From positions 78,492,001 through 78,556,000 of the forward strand of contig CM060731.1 in NCBI GenBank assembly GCA_030704615.1: 64,000 bases of DNA. The letters are read 5' to 3'. The stretch comes from Takakia lepidozioides. Lineage: Eukaryota > Plantae > Bryophyta. The translations under genes and the position numbers were made by a program. Shown here in pieces: positions 1-13,792 of the stretch. The notes beneath the pieces are model-generated. The model was not told where the DNA came from and did no database searches. It saw only the letters and a list, made by a program, of their open reading frames with translations. Numbering within the stretch: position 1 is the first letter of the stretch; every line of letters begins with the position of its first letter.

Positions 1-153
1 ACTCTTTAGGGTCTGTCAGGGCTTTGGAGGTCTGTGGCATTGCCAGAGCCTTTGATGACAAGGAGTGTCTGATATTTTGCTTGCTTCCTTCAGACAGGAT
101 ATATTTCATTTAAAGTAGAGATTGCAAGACACTAACCAGTAACTGGTTATTTC

Positions 154-941
154 CAGTGTTGGCCGGGTACCATGTTTTGAGCCCTCTTCCGATCCCGGTT
201 ATAGCCTACTCTTTGAAAAAAATGGAGGGCCGGGGCAGGGTATACCAATAGGTTTAAAAAACATCTCGGTTACAGGTTCTCATTAAACACATGAATTTTT
301 TTTGTCCGGTTCTCAATCTACGGGTCATATCATCTTAAAAAATGCCGGTTCCATGGTACTGGTTATGGGATTCATCCATTTTTATTTTTTTTACTTTTTC
401 TGGACTTTTTGTGTATGTGTGTAAAACTACACAAAGAGGGCTGTGGCCTCATCTGTTGGCCTATGGATCTGATTTTCAAATGTTAAACCCCCGACATCTA
501 TCTCTGGGGGCTCCGCCCTTGTAATACACTAAGCTTGCAGCTTACAACTATTATTTTAGCCAAATGCCCAACTAATTAATTTCCTATCTACTTGGACATT
601 CTCCCTAACCATTATAAATGTATTGTAACTAAGTAAAGACATAACATTCCCCTCAGCATCTGTCCATCTGTAATGTTCTTAATTACCATCACCAACCCCC
701 TACATGTATTATCTAGAACCGCCTCTACGACATCCACATTTGTTCCGGATCTTGCACCGGGTATAACATCCTTACAATCACGATGCCGGTGCTCTAGCCG
801 GTTAGGAAGCTCGATGGCTTTTGCTGGTTCCCTTCCATAGCCGGTTCCTACGGGGGCTACACTTTCCGGTCGTGCATATGTGCATAACCGGCAAATAACC
901 GCCGGATATGCATGTCCAGATGCCATACCCGGCCAACACTG
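154..941. mobile_element. Non-autonomous hAT-type MITE
   Basis: 16-bp perfect TIR CAGTGTTGGCCGGGTA (154-169 / 926-941), perfect 8-bp TSD GTTATTTC (146-153 / 942-949), many subterminal (A)CCGG(T) motifs, no real ORF. Confidence 0.9.
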
Positions 942-2439
942 GTTATTTCTGGTTATTGGACTCTTGTTATGCCAGGTAACTCTCTTAGGCAGTTTGTTCC
1001 ACTGTGGGACAAACATATGAGGGAAGAATCTACACTCCAGAAATCTCAGTCGTCAATGACTGCAAATTCTATGGCAACTGATATAGATTTCGCTTGATTG
1101 TACAATTTACAATCATGTCTTTATTGATATAGTTGAGCATAATGCAATACAAACTATTGCTGATATTTTTTGGTGAAAGGAAATAAATTTGATTTGCAAG
1201 AAGCAAATTAAATTCATATACTACACAACTTATTAGTTTATCATTCCTCCAATAAATTAAATAATACAATATAGAATACACAGACACACAGTAAGAAATC
1301 AAAAAAGAAGAACTATCACAAAGAAGAACAGTACAGAAAAAACTCCTGCCAGTGTGATATAGTCCATATATTACCAGCTTGAGGTGGTCTGACAGTTAAC
1401 CACACAATGCAGGTTGTGATGACTCAAAAAAGTAAGGTGATACCAAACACCTCTGGACATGAGAAGATAACCTACTATCTGGTAATGGAACCTACCCTCA
1501 CAACTAACCTCCATCATCTAAGAAGCTTCAATCTAAAAGAATCCTTGGCTCATATCAAGTGTTGTGGTAGTCAGTCACTGAAGACGCCTGCCAAATTTTG
1601 GCGGCACCTTCTACTGTCCTTCCTCATTCTAATCCTCGCCAATTTGCTAATTGCAATTCCTCAGCTCATATCAAGAGTGAAGTTAATCAAAGGTGAAGAC
1701 ACCTGCAGTTTCAGTGGCACCTTCCTCATTCCAATCCCTGCAAGGCCCATCTCTTCCTTCTTGCTTCTCTAGCTTGCTTAACCTAAGATTCCGACCTTGC
1801 AACAATCAGTAGTCATACCCACATGTCCAATCTTCTGCTCTACTCTAAACCTGTGTGACAGGAGACATTGTTTCCAGCCTTAAAGCACAAACTTCAGAAC
1901 TCTGGCATAAAACTGCATGTACAGGGTACGAAGGCCAATTCCTATGCGTTAAGAGTTCTGGACAAATATGCCAAGCACTTGCAGAACAACATCAGTACTG
2001 CCAAATTAAAAAAACAATCATCAATTGCTTTGCCAAGATAACATTCAACATAACTATGCAGTTCTCAATGCACCTCAATAAACGAGAGGAATGTCCTGAA
2101 ATGAAATGGTGTTAATAATGAAAAGAGAAGACAAATGTGTGAAAGTAGTACAGATACTACTTACATGTGACTTTCCATTGTAGAAAACATGGACCATGAT
2201 AAGTAAGAGATGACTAGGGAAGGCTGGCTGGTGCAACAAAAAATGGACCTGTGCACTCCTCGGCTGCGGATGTTCTCCTGACCTCTAGCTTGCTATCGGT
2301 CACCTAAAAAGGACATCCACAGACTTCTGCGCGTGCATAAGTAACCCTAATAAATGTTTGAATGAGACTGACAACATATGTAGGTAGGTAAGTGCTCAAT
2401 TCTTAGATTGGCAGTAACTTTACAATCTGTTGACCACTG

Positions 2440-3710
2440 GGTCATGCAGCCATTCCAGCATCAAACATGTCAATGGTTATGGATGACAACATTCCTAGAT
2501 GGACTAGATAGCCCCACGCTGAGATGAATTGGTGGCTACCTACAAGGCTATGGAGCACAACAAGCTGGTCAATGGGCACAGGTAGACAGCAGAGGGAGAG
2601 TTTCAGGCCTGAGGCTTTCTCGGTTGCTTTGTCTTCTTCATTGCCTATACATCAAGCTATTCTCAATTTCTTCCAGAAGCCTGTATAAAGGCCCTCCCAG
2701 AACTTGGCAAGGCATCAAGACACTGAAGCAATTCACCTGTTCGACAGAAACCCTGGGGTTCCGCCATGGCATCAGCATCAGTGTCACAATGCCCCGCCAA
2801 AAGCCTTAAGAAGCCCTCACAGACTACAACAGAACTGAGAATGGAAGACAAGGGCTGAGATTTGGCTAGATAACATCATCAAGCCTCCCCCTACATCTAA
2901 CCATACTGAGGCAGAAAAGTCAGCGGAATTACCAATGAGAACGCAGACCTAGACAGAAGGTGGAAGTGGTCATGACCATCACATACATAGAGCAGTCTTA
3001 CACAGTAGAGACTTCCCTGATTGGGTGAAGTTGACTGGGCAGGGAATTCTCGCCAGTCTCACTTCAGATCCTTGGAGTTTAAAACCCAGCTAATAAGCTT
3101 TAGAGCTGCACAAACCATGGGGATTGTGTGGATGCTCCAGCATTAAAACATGATACTGACCACCATGCTATGAATGACAGTATCCCTAGGTGGACTCATG
3201 ACCACATTTCAGACGGACAAACAGCTACAAGGCTATGGAGCATCACACATGATAACATATTTTGGCTAGTATATCCATGTAAGAATGGGAGGCAACTCCA
3301 TTTCCCATAGTATGCTCTTACCAGGAAAGAGACAACAAGCTGTGGGTGGGCACAGAAATACAACAAGAGGAGAGTTTCAGGCCTGAAAGGCTTCCGCAGT
3401 TGATTTGTCTTCCTCATTGCCGACCATTCAAGCTATTCTCAAATCCTCCCTACAGAGCCCTTCTAGAACTTGGAAAGGCATTGACAAACTCAAACAATCG
3501 AGCTCCAGGGACAGAACCCTGGGATGACAGCAGCTTCCATCTCTCAGGTCCTGGGCAGAGCTGCAGGTTGAAGCTCATTTAGCCCACTCCGACAGGAGGC
3601 AGTACTGCCAGGGGAAGTGGCTCTTATTTCTGCTGGCTTCACCCTGCGTCTTCTATTTTTCTCCAAAAGTCCTGTCAAAAGCCTTAAGCCGTCTCATAGA
3701 CTGCGGAAGA
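2440..3710. repeat. Degenerate local duplication (~2440-2830 vs ~3140-3710)
   Basis: Shared blocks in the same order: CTACAAGGCTATGGAGCA, GGAGAGTTTCAGGCCTGA, TCAAGCTATTCTCAA, GACAGAAACCCTGGG, CAAAAGCCTTAAG. Confidence 0.6.
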
Positions 3711-3795
3711 CTTGAGCTGTTTGCATTCATAGCCGCGACAGAGGATTCATTTTCCTTCACAAAAAGGCCCTGTTGCTGAAGCTTATGTTTCATTG

Positions 3796-3881
3796 GTCAA
3801 TAGTACTTATCTGTCAATTTGTAGAGTTTACATCGTCTCACTTTGTAAACTCTACAAATTGACTGGATAATTACTATTGAC
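3796..3881. repeat. AT-rich inverted repeat / hairpin
   Basis: ~37-bp arms, including GTCAATTTGTAGAGTTTACA paired with TGTAAACTCTACAAATTGAC, and an ~11-nt loop. Confidence 0.85.
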
Positions 3882-3937
3882 TAATACTGTTGCGTCATCT
3901 TTTAGGGATACACTTTCTTTTAGGCAATTTACTCTTC

Positions 3938-4430
3938 TCACCAGTAATCCCCACAAGAACAAACCCCGTCATGGAAGTGGTCATGGAAGTGGTGAAAGCG
4001 GCTGGTATCCCGTACAGTAACAGTTCGCCCAGCAATCTTCGAGATGCACTTGGTGGCGTGTGACACTCACCACATACCCGAAGGTTCTTATTGACATGGA
4101 CTGGCATCCCAGCTGTGGTGCTGATGAGCCCAAAGGCAATGGCCAGCTTCTCACTGGTGGCAAAGAGAGAATTGCTTCATGTCCTCCTCCACATCATGCA
4201 ATACAAAGTCTGTGTTACGCACATACCCAGCCTGCTTCATCCACCCAGACAAGCCGTTCAGCTCACCATGGATCTCCTCAAGTTGTGGATGCAACTCATC
4301 TTCTACAAAAAAATGTGTGCACCTGATTACCCACCTCAATCCAGCTGCACCCTGGCTCCTTTCTGATACCTTTGTCCTCCATCATTTTTCTTACCTTAGC
4401 TCCACCTCCCAGCCGCAGCATAGATGTTTG
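3938..4430 (-). pseudogene. PLS-class PPR protein C-terminus (E/E+/DYW deaminase domain), frameshifted
   Basis: Pieces in different frames: [92 protein letters not shown]-stop. Contains a 12-bp internal duplication; no PPR array visible upstream. Confidence 0.9.
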
Positions 4431-5619
4431 ATAGCAGCACATAAGTTGGAGCATGTGTGGACCCACTTCAAGATAACAGCTCAGATTTCGATAGGTTACA
4501 TGATCAAGCTTCCCAAAGCGCTGCCCCGTGGTGGTGAGAGGCAGAACAGAAAAAGAACTTACTGATGGGAACACAGACCTAGAAAGAAGTCGGACGAGGT
4601 TGAGCCCAAAGAATATCTAAGACAGATTCATACTATGTCATAGTTAAGGAAATACAAGTATACAGAAACCGTAGTGGTTAGGAAGAGGAGGATATATCAT
4701 GCACTGTCATTGTCATCTACTTGCGACCAGGGAGAGGATAGAAGTTAAACTCTGTCTTAGAAAGGTTGTCCAGTACATCTATGGTGCGTAAGGGTGATAA
4801 CCTACACCCAAATCCTAAAGACAGGGAAACCCACCCTAAGCTGTATCGCATCGCAGGATAGATGCTCGAGGAGCAGGGCTGGAGGCTGGAACGATCTCAT
4901 GCTTTCTAGCACAGTCGTCCCCTGGTAATCTAAACCGGACTGTCCTGCGGGATAAAGCCCCTTAAGCTGAAGAGTCGCAACTGTAATCTCTTCCCTTTTG
5001 CACTTATGGTGCTCGCTCACATGATACCTTTGAACAACACTCAATATCCTTTAATCGTACTACTTCATTGACTGTACACAATGCGTGCATATCGTGGCGA
5101 ACATGCAAGTTTTAACTTCGGCTTTGAAACCATATGTGCTTTACAATAGACGAAGAGAAAGAGTTGCAGTAGTGCCAATACCTCCAAAACACCCTTATTC
5201 ACCACAAGGAAGCCAGAAGCAGCCGTTGTTAACTTCAGCCAAGACGCGGGATCCATGCAACATGCCATTCTTGTTCTGCTCAACAATACTACACACACCA
5301 GATGCATTGGGTGAACAGCCCATGTGCGTAGCTTTACCATGTTATGATATTCATAACCAGGCCAGCTTTCTTCCGGATTGAAAACAGCGTTTCTGGTAAC
5401 ATCCTCAGAACAGCCATGATTCTCCTCCATGGCACATTAGAACCTGGGAACAAGCTGACTAAAGGTTGCAGCTCTACTCCACAATCTGAAGATGCCCCCA
5501 CTTCGCTTCCATCTATCTGGACACAACTAGCCTCCTTTCGCTTTGGTCCTTGAGCGAGGCGGCTTATGATAGTTAGGTCTCGGAAGCATCAATGCTCGCA
5601 AATCAAAGCACTTTGTTTT

Positions 5620-6542
5620 TTGGTTTTTTTTTTTTCTTAAGAAAGGGGACGGAGGCCCTCTTAATCAAATTAAAACGAGGAAAAAATAACCTCGAGGCCA
5701 TAAGGTTCACAAAGCGAGGCCACTTCAGGGCCGCAGTAACCACAGAGTCAAACTAGCAACAAACCAACTCGCTACCAGAGCCTACAAAGAGCATAATCAG
5801 AAACCAGAGCATACACCCAAAAGCTGAGATAGCTACACAAGATAGGATCAACGTGGAGCATTAGGGGCCTGAAAATCCAAATGGGCATGAATCTTGGAGC
5901 TTCTAAGCTTGCGGTGACGCCGATTGATGTCCTCGTTGCGCTCTGCAGGGGGGGGGCAGTGATATGCTTCCACATTGCTTCCCAATTCACCTGGAAGGGC
6001 ATGATATGAACCCACTTATCAGCCCACTTTGACATGGGAACCGAGAACCCCAATGACATGGAGTAACCCATATTAGCAGAATACTTGAAGAATGGGATAT
6101 TCCCATGCCAAGACCACTCCCCTGTATCAAATGGGAGGTTCACCAAGGCTTTCTTCCCATACCAGAAGAGCCAAGAAGTTCGGGCCCACAGGGCCAGGTC
6201 ACTGGAAGGATCAAATAACGGGTCAACCACGCCCGAAGCACCATCCACCACCCGAACAGAGAAGAGTTAATCTGGAGGACGAGTCCATTGCTAACCTGCC
6301 AGTGTTATAAACCTGAAAGCTGAGACCAAAACCCAGGTTGCCTGAGATGTTCGAGCAATAAGATGCATTGAGGAATAGAATCCTTGCACCCTTTCCAAGC
6401 AGGGAGCTGATTATGGACACCACTGAGCAAGGAGGACCAAGCATTTGGTTATAGCACTAATAATGGTATTCCAAGTATGACGGGTCGTTGAGCCCCTACA
6501 TATTGAACAGCAAAATCAGCAGCGAGTGGACCAGAAAGCCCT
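5620..6542 (-). mobile_element. 3' part of a decayed L1-type LINE (continues at 20836-21110)
   Basis: Poly-T tract at ~5620-5636 (poly-A tail on the minus strand) and Trp-rich sequence resembling the region C-terminal to a LINE RT. Confidence 0.5.
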
Positions 6543-8865
6543 TGTCAAGTTATTTTACCACTAGTGTGAAGTTAGCTAGGAAATAACTAGCTTTTATATA
6601 TTGACATTTGGGATTGACCCAAGTGTATCTTCACGGCAGATCGCGGTGGGCTCATCTTTCTCGAGTTGAGCCTCACCGTGTCTAGCTATGGCGTCGTAGT
6701 GTGGATTCCCCATGGCATGGGGTGCACTTGGCTCGACTTAATATATGAGTGATGTTTTCATGTGCAAGTATGTGAGTTTGAGAGAGCTTGTGTGCTTGTA
6801 TCATTTCTTTCTTTATCACTCGAGAAAGATCAGCTCAAGTCTGTGAATGCCAGGTTCGAGTTAGTTGTAGCACTTGTGTTTTCAGTTCATGAGAAGCGGT
6901 TCAGCCTAGAGTGCAAAGGCGAACAGGTTGCAGGTTTGCAATGGATAGAGAGGCGGGTAGCCTATGTTGAAGGGCGGCGTTGCATAGCTCAACGCTATGG
7001 CAACCAAGTTTGGGCTTCTAGTGTGAAGCGGAGGAGATGCTGGCCACAAGTGGGCGAACTGGTGGTCGTCTTCTTCAGCTGCAGGCCGAGTTAAGGAGCT
7101 GCAGGAATGTGTATTGCGTATGGGAAGCTAGCATGTTACAGGTTGAAGATGATATGATCAGCTCCAGGTATTTCTGCCCGAAACTAGTTGTTGCGGGTAG
7201 ATGAGGAGCAGCCAAATGGTGGAGCTGTGAGGGGATGCATCGCAGCCCATTGGGAGCTTCAGCTCCAAGCTCATGAAGAGGTATGAGTGAAGAGAGGGGA
7301 TTGGTCCCTCTTGTGTGCAAATTTGTGCACTTGTGAAGCATGTGCTGAGTTGGAGTTTCAATTTGAAACTCAGCAGTGTAAGGGCTCTTGGAGTGGCAAG
7401 AGCGGGGCTGGAATGGCAGCAACGAGGCGCTCTAGAGCCAGGGGATAGTGCAGGTGCACCAAATTTGTAAATGTGTGTATTTTCAAATTTGTTTTTGTGA
7501 GCTTCATGAAGAAATGGAGCTTGTTGGGCAGCATATTGCTTGCTTGTTGAGTTTAGGGTGCCTTTGGTGGGTCGTGAGAGCCCAAGAGAGCATGGCAATA
7601 GGTCTGGTTGCTTCGCAGAAGCCATAGTTCGGCGGCAGCAGGTGCAGGAACAAACCCCGGTTCGGGGAGAGCTCGGGAACGCGTGGGAACGCCCAGGAAC
7701 GCCTCGGGAATGCATGAGAACTCGTGGGGAGTTCCAGGGAACGCAGGGAACAGTGGCCGTGATGGGCTGTGGGGGCGGTATCACAAGATACCACGAGCCC
7801 AGGCCGTGACTATTGACCGTGACCGTTGACCGTGACTGTGGGAAGCCATGGTGCAGATACCACGGGTTGGCACGGTGACCAGATGGTGGGGATGGCGGGC
7901 CGTGAAGGCTCGTGGGCGTGGTACCACGGGGTATCACGGGGCAGCCCGTGGCCAACGAGCGCCTAGGGCGGGCCGTGAGGAGTCGTGGCGGTTGGAGCCA
8001 CGGAAGGCCGCGAACAGGCAGAGTAAAAATAAAATTATTTAAATTAAATTTAAAAATTTAAAAAAAAAATCACTCGTTTCGTGGGACCTTGATGGGGAGG
8101 CTGGGCTCTAAAGAACAACGGTTTTGAGCTAGCTAATCTGGCAGAACAGTCGGAATTGCCTCCCTGTTGTGTTTTAACAAAGGGGATTACTTCCCTGTAG
8201 GTAATCTTTTCGGGTTCTCAGCCCAATTCTTAACTATGGGGGAGACCAGCCTGCAGGTAATTCCTTTGGACAGAATGTTGTTGGGGCCTATATGTACCTC
8301 TATTTGCTCCATTTTTGAACCTTCAGCGAATGGTGTGGTTTCCTGAGGTGGTTCCATTCTGAGGAATGGCTGGTGGACGTAAGGAGGCACTGGCGGACCC
8401 TATGGAGGCTTGCATAGGGCCTTGGAGGCCAAGTTTCATGAGCTCGTGGAGAGCGGTTTGAGGAGTGTCTACATGATGCTCTCATGGTCATGCAAGTGAG
8501 AGAAGTGAGAAAAAAGAGGGTGTTGGGATGAGAGCGTGTTGGGGATAGGCATTGCTTTAGCTCCCGGGGGGTGCACTCTTTATAAACTGTGTGTATCACG
8601 TGCGTTCGTCGCCTAATAAAAAAACCCCCTGTATACGGGTCCTTGGATAATTTATACCCCCTCCGTACATACTTTTTGAAGATTATAAAATCCCCTCCTG
8701 TAAATATACAAAAAATTTACAATTTTCGAAAAGTACCCCTTCTGTATGTATATTCTCATTTTTCATCATTAAAAATAACCCTCCAATATGTATATGTATG
8801 TTTTTATATTATATCGAATTTATTCATTTAAAACATAATAAAATCTAACAAATTAATTAAAAAAA

Positions 8866-9360
8866 TTATTTGCCTTTGATAAAGTTGTCAAAGACTTTTC
8901 GGTCATTTGCATCAAGAACATATGTGTTTGACTTGACATTGTACTTTAAACATGCTAACGCGATAATGGAATCCAAATCAACCATCATGTTATCCGTCAA
9001 ATCGTACGTATAGACCCCTCCTCGAATTTTTTGGTACCATGCTAACCCAATCTCCATATGAGAAGGACGCTCCAATAAATCAACAGAATCCCTACATTCT
9101 ACAAACCGCTTATTGATTTTCTTCCGCATTCTTTGAACCCTGCCCAAATACCAAGTGCCTTTGGTTGCTCCTCTGCAGGTTTTCCCTGGTCTACCTTTCC
9201 TGTTTGTAGTTTGGATCGCAGTCTCCCCATCAACAAAAAATACAGCACAATCCGAACCCAATCCCAAGCTCGTGGCTTTGTTGCTGGTAGTTGGTTTGTT
9301 TTCTCGGCTTTGTTGCCGCTGCTGTTTCCAGTTGACCATCCACCCACATTGTCCCACCAT
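8866..9360 (-). pseudogene. Probable C-terminal fragment of the transposon-encoded protein
   Basis: Protein-like 164-aa ORF (DCAVFF..GTWYLGRVQRMRK..WY..YTYD) ending just inside the left TIR and cut at its 5' end by LINE sequence; family not recognised. Confidence 0.4.
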
Positions 9361-9379
9361 TGACTGGGGTCAGAAAAGT

Positions 9380-10060
9380 GTCTCATTCCAAAGCTTCTCT
9401 TCATATCTGTGGTGCTATTGTAGGGTGACTTCAATGCCCAAGTGGGCAAAGGGCTCCATCAGGACGATATCATTGGGTCTTATGGTGAGGACGAGCTGAA
9501 TTCTAATGGCAGACGGTTAATTAACTGTCTGGAAGAGCTTCAGCTTTTGACCTTGATTAACAAGACAAGAGGTGACCAAGTGCAGTGGACTCGTGAGAAA
9601 TCCCAAACTGGGGAACGTTCCATTGTGGACTATATAATGGACAAAAAATTTGTTCCCCCAGTGTGCCAATGTGTTGATCGACAGAACTGATATTGGTACC
9701 TCTGACCACTTTCTGGACTGAGATCAAAAGATGTTTTCCCAAGGCCAGAGTAGAAGAGATTCTCAAGGACCTGGACCTGGATCCGCAAGTCTTGACCCTG
9801 CTGGATAAATCAGACTTAGAGGCTGTAGTGTCCAAAGCCATGTCTATTGCCATGAGATTGTCTGATGAAAATGAAGTTAGGCATAAAACTTCCCTGAACT
9901 TGTTTCTAGTCAGTGACATGGGGGAGGACATCTTGGATGACCTAAGGGTCCACCCACTCTCGGCACTAGACTGAAATTTAAACTCAGGGAAGGAAGCCTA
10001 CCTTTGAACATGAAACAGAAGCAGAGAGGAAAGGGGGAGTGCACTCTCCCAAGTGAACCT
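9380..10060 (+). mobile_element. Non-LTR retrotransposon fragments (APE endonuclease + C-terminal region)
   Basis: GDFNAQVGKG..NSNGRRL..SIVDYI..DH endonuclease motifs. 9745-10050 is an inverted homolog of 10935-11230. Confidence 0.8.
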
Positions 10061-10819
10061 GCATCATTCAGTTGGCAAGACCGTGTCTGAAAAATTGATC
10101 CATTTGAAGACACCACGGTGCAGCTGAGCACAGCCTGACATGACAACAATTAAACATCATACTGAGACAAGAGAAGCAGTCAAGGACACAGTCATGCATA
10201 TGGCAGCAAGTGATCACCCTTCAAACATGATTGAAAACATACATGAGGTCAAAGGCAATAAGAAATCAGCGAAGGGTACTGCAGCTAACAGTTGGAGTGT
10301 CTTTAAAGACAAAGGGAAGAGAAAGAAACACTTCACTGGCAATGAGGGGAGGCTGTGGAAACGCCAAGAGGATGGCACAAATGATAGAAATAACAGGGCT
10401 GGGCAAAGGATCCTGTAGGAAGAAGAAAGGGTATGTCAGCATGGAAAGGACGTGCGGCTCATTCCAACAGAAAGGGGAACATTCGTGCAGTTAAGTACAA
10501 CAACCAATTGCCCTTCAATTATGGCTGGAATTTTCCAAAAGGCGAGGGATGATAAGGATGAGATTGTACTCATAAGACGTTGTTTGCCGTAGCCTTGTGG
10601 CCATTGACCCGCGCCCAGTTTCAGTGGGAACAAAAGGAACAGGGCTGACGTTGGTAGTAAGATTTACCATCGTATAAGGAATTAATCGGGTTTTCCATAT
10701 ATCCTCTAGAAAACCCTTCACACAAGCATCAATCTGCTGTGTGTGATTTGCCCAAAAACTAGGCCTCAGGAGGGCCTGGGCTTTTGGCTCAGCCTCGAGA
10801 CTTTCAAAGTTGGTAAACA

Positions 10820-13200
10820 GGGGTACAGGCACAATTCCCTTGATAGAATTGAAGAGAGCTCTCTTTGGTGAGAGAACCCGGACAGCGTATCAGAAAATGA
10901 ATACTGTCTTCAGATTGCCCACACAACGGACAATTGCACTCTCCCTTTCCTCTCTACTTCTGTTTGCTGTTCAAAGGTAGGCTTCCTGCCCTGAGTTTAA
11001 ATTTCAGTCTAGTGCCGAGAGTGGGTAGACCCTTGAGGTCATCCAAGATGTCCACCCCCATGTCACTGACTGGAAACAAGTTCAGGGAAGTTCTCTGCCT
11101 AACTTCATTTTCATCAGACAATCTCATGGCAACAGACATGGCCTCAGACACTACAGCCTCTAAGGCAGATTTATCCAGCAGGGTCAAGACTTGCGGATCC
11201 AGGTCCAGGTCCTTGAGAATCTTTTCTACTCTCTTCTGCCAGGACTTAGCCTGTTTGACAGGGCGGTCCTGTTTCCAAGATATAGAGTCAATCAACTTAG
11301 GATATCTGGTGTTGGGCATATGTTGCAGCTGACCCCACCATCTGACCTTGAATTCATCTCGTCGGGAGCTTAAGGATGGAATGCCCAAACTCACCCCGAA
11401 CAGCCACATTGGCTGTTTTGGAGCATGCTGACATACACTCCTTAAGCACCCCCACTTGAATGGATTCTAAGACTTAGCCTGGTTGGAGTTATCAACCCAT
11501 ATAGCAGATCCGTACTCCAAGGCAGGTCTAATAACGCGACAAAGCATGGTTTTCTTAACCTCAGAGATGACCCCTCTGCAGTGGAAAAAATTAGTGAGCC
11601 CCAGAGCTTTGCCCTTGCCAGTTCGAACAACTTTCCGGATATGTGCATCCCAATTACAATTGGAGGAAAACTCAACGCCCAGGTAAGTGTAGGAAGGGAG
11701 GACCGGGATCTCTTGGCTACCCCACTGCCACTTAAGATCACTTCCTCCCTCTCCTCTGTCGTTGAATGCTACCACTGCACATTTGCTGACATTAGCCTAG
11801 CCCCCAAAGATCAAAGTATCTCTTCGCGCAATTAATCAACTCCTGAGTGTGATGCCACGGTAGTTCCCCGGTTCTTCTCTGTCACCCTTCTTGTATAGAC
11901 TGACAATGACCCCCTGTCGCCAGCGAAAGGGGATCATTTCAGTCTTCCAGATAAGGTTAAAGAGGAGAACTAGGGCCTCTATCATGGGATCGCCACCGTG
12001 CTTGATAAGCTCGTTGACAATACCATCAGGTCCACCAGCTTTATATCCATTTAAATGTTCAATTGCTTCCACAATCTCAGAAGAACTAATGGGAGCGTTA
12101 TAAGCCATTGAAATATACTCCAGTTCATCAGGGCTGTTTTGAATCATAGGAACAATTTTTCCAACTGTGTCCCTCCATTCAGCAGAAGACCCCTCACTGT
12201 TAGACCTAGAAGTTCTGCCAAGGATACTGTAGTGATTTTCAAAGGTTTTGACAATGTCAACCGATGAAGTCACCACTGCACCTTTAGTAGTCTTCAGCGC
12301 TTGTACTTGCTGACCGTTTTTAGGCTTGTACAAACGTTGAAGGGCCAACCATAATTTCTTGTTATTACCACCATGGTGGTTTGAGTTTATTTCACTGTAT
12401 AACTTATCCCAGTATAATTTCTTCTGAGACCTAACAAGCTGATTGATATCTTTCCGGAGCTGATAGTACCTCGCCCACAATTCTCTGTTGGTTTTCAAAT
12501 TGCAGCACTCTTTATAGAGGGCTCGTCCTCACCAAAAGGCCCAATGATATCGTCCTGATGGAGCCCTTTGCCCACCCGGGCATTGAAGTCACCCAATAGC
12601 ACTACCTGACCTTTGGCAAGGAATGAAGCACAGTCCAGCTTTACATCTTCGAAGGCTTTGTCTGCGTCAGCACTAAGGGTCCCCTCTGTGGGCATGTAAA
12701 CACAACCCACAAAGAGGTCCTTCATACTCATGCCGCCTTTCAGATTCAGTTTTAGCCAGATACTATGTTCGTACCTCAAACCCTTCTTGATAATTTCACA
12801 ATATCAAACAAGAAATCACGGACAAAGAATCCAACCCCTTTTTGACCGCGTTTGGCAGAGGCTGCCTTGAGAGTACACATCCTACCTGCCCATTTATAAC
12901 CATTGACATCTCCAACCAGTTTATCCGAAGTTTCCCATGTTTCTTGCCCAGCACAGATATGAATATCATTAGTCCAAAGGACTTGTCCCACTTCGAGTTG
13001 TTTCCTTTGGTTAGTAAGCCCTGAGAAGTTGAAAGTGGCCAGCCGCAAGCCAGCCCTTTGCATGTGAATTGTTTGTCGTCTAGGTAGGCTTGGGATTGCT
13101 CCTGGTATCCCAACCGTTCTGCAAAGGGGGACAGTTCCCCCATGTGTAGATTTTGCTCGTCTTGTGTGAACTCTTGAGTACAAATCCTTCAGATTCAGGA
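10820..13200 (-). mobile_element. Internally deleted LINE (APE endonuclease + RT), probably RTE/L2-like
   Basis: ATFNFSG..QETW..GVGF, CVYMP..LLGDFNARVG, KAGGPDG..W..YKKGD..NYRGITL, YTYLG, RPALEYGSAIW, C-terminal Cys/His motif; frameshifts and deletions. Confidence 0.9.
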
Positions 13201-13721
13201 CGTTCAGGTTCTGTACACTTAGGGGCATCTTGTTCCCTCTGGCTGTTTGGATTCAATAAGGATGAGAATAAGGCCTGATACAGTGAGTACAACCAGTTGT
13301 GTCACGCCATCATTATAGGAGAAGAAAATAGGCCTAATGTGCTCATTCCTCTGATGATTGGGAATCTTGATGCCCCAGTCCTCCTTTCATTGCTGCACAA
13401 CAACCACCACCACACCCGCATATCATCAACCGATCAGCCCAGGCTGCCCCCACATTCCCGCGCACTTACTTCATCCCCTTCGATTCCTGGCCTCTACATA
13501 CATCACAACCCAAACCTTCTCCCATCAGTGCCCCACCACATTCTGGTGCCCTCCCATTGTCCTACCATGCCTGTGGAGAGGAAGGGGAGACGAGAGGAGG
13601 AAAAAAGAAGCCTCGGAAGGGAAGGCGAACACGGAGAGGAGGAGAAAGAAAAGAGAAAGCCGCGGGAGGTCATGGGAGAAAGATCGTGGGCGAAAAAAAA
13701 AAAAAAAAACAAACATAAACA

Positions 13722-13792
13722 AACGACGATTCCACGATTCGATCCCGGATGCATCGCGTCGTAATCGCCATTCTTACCACTACCCTATCCCC
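13722..13792 (-). pseudogene. Degenerate tRNA-derived sequence
   Basis: Minus strand has GTAGTGGTAAG (A-box-like) and CCGGGATCGAATC (B-box-like) followed by a T-run; the acceptor stem does not pair well. Confidence 0.3.

Noticed and set aside
4560-5050. Possible solo LTR upstream of the DYW fragment
   Set aside because: No TSD or second copy found to support it.
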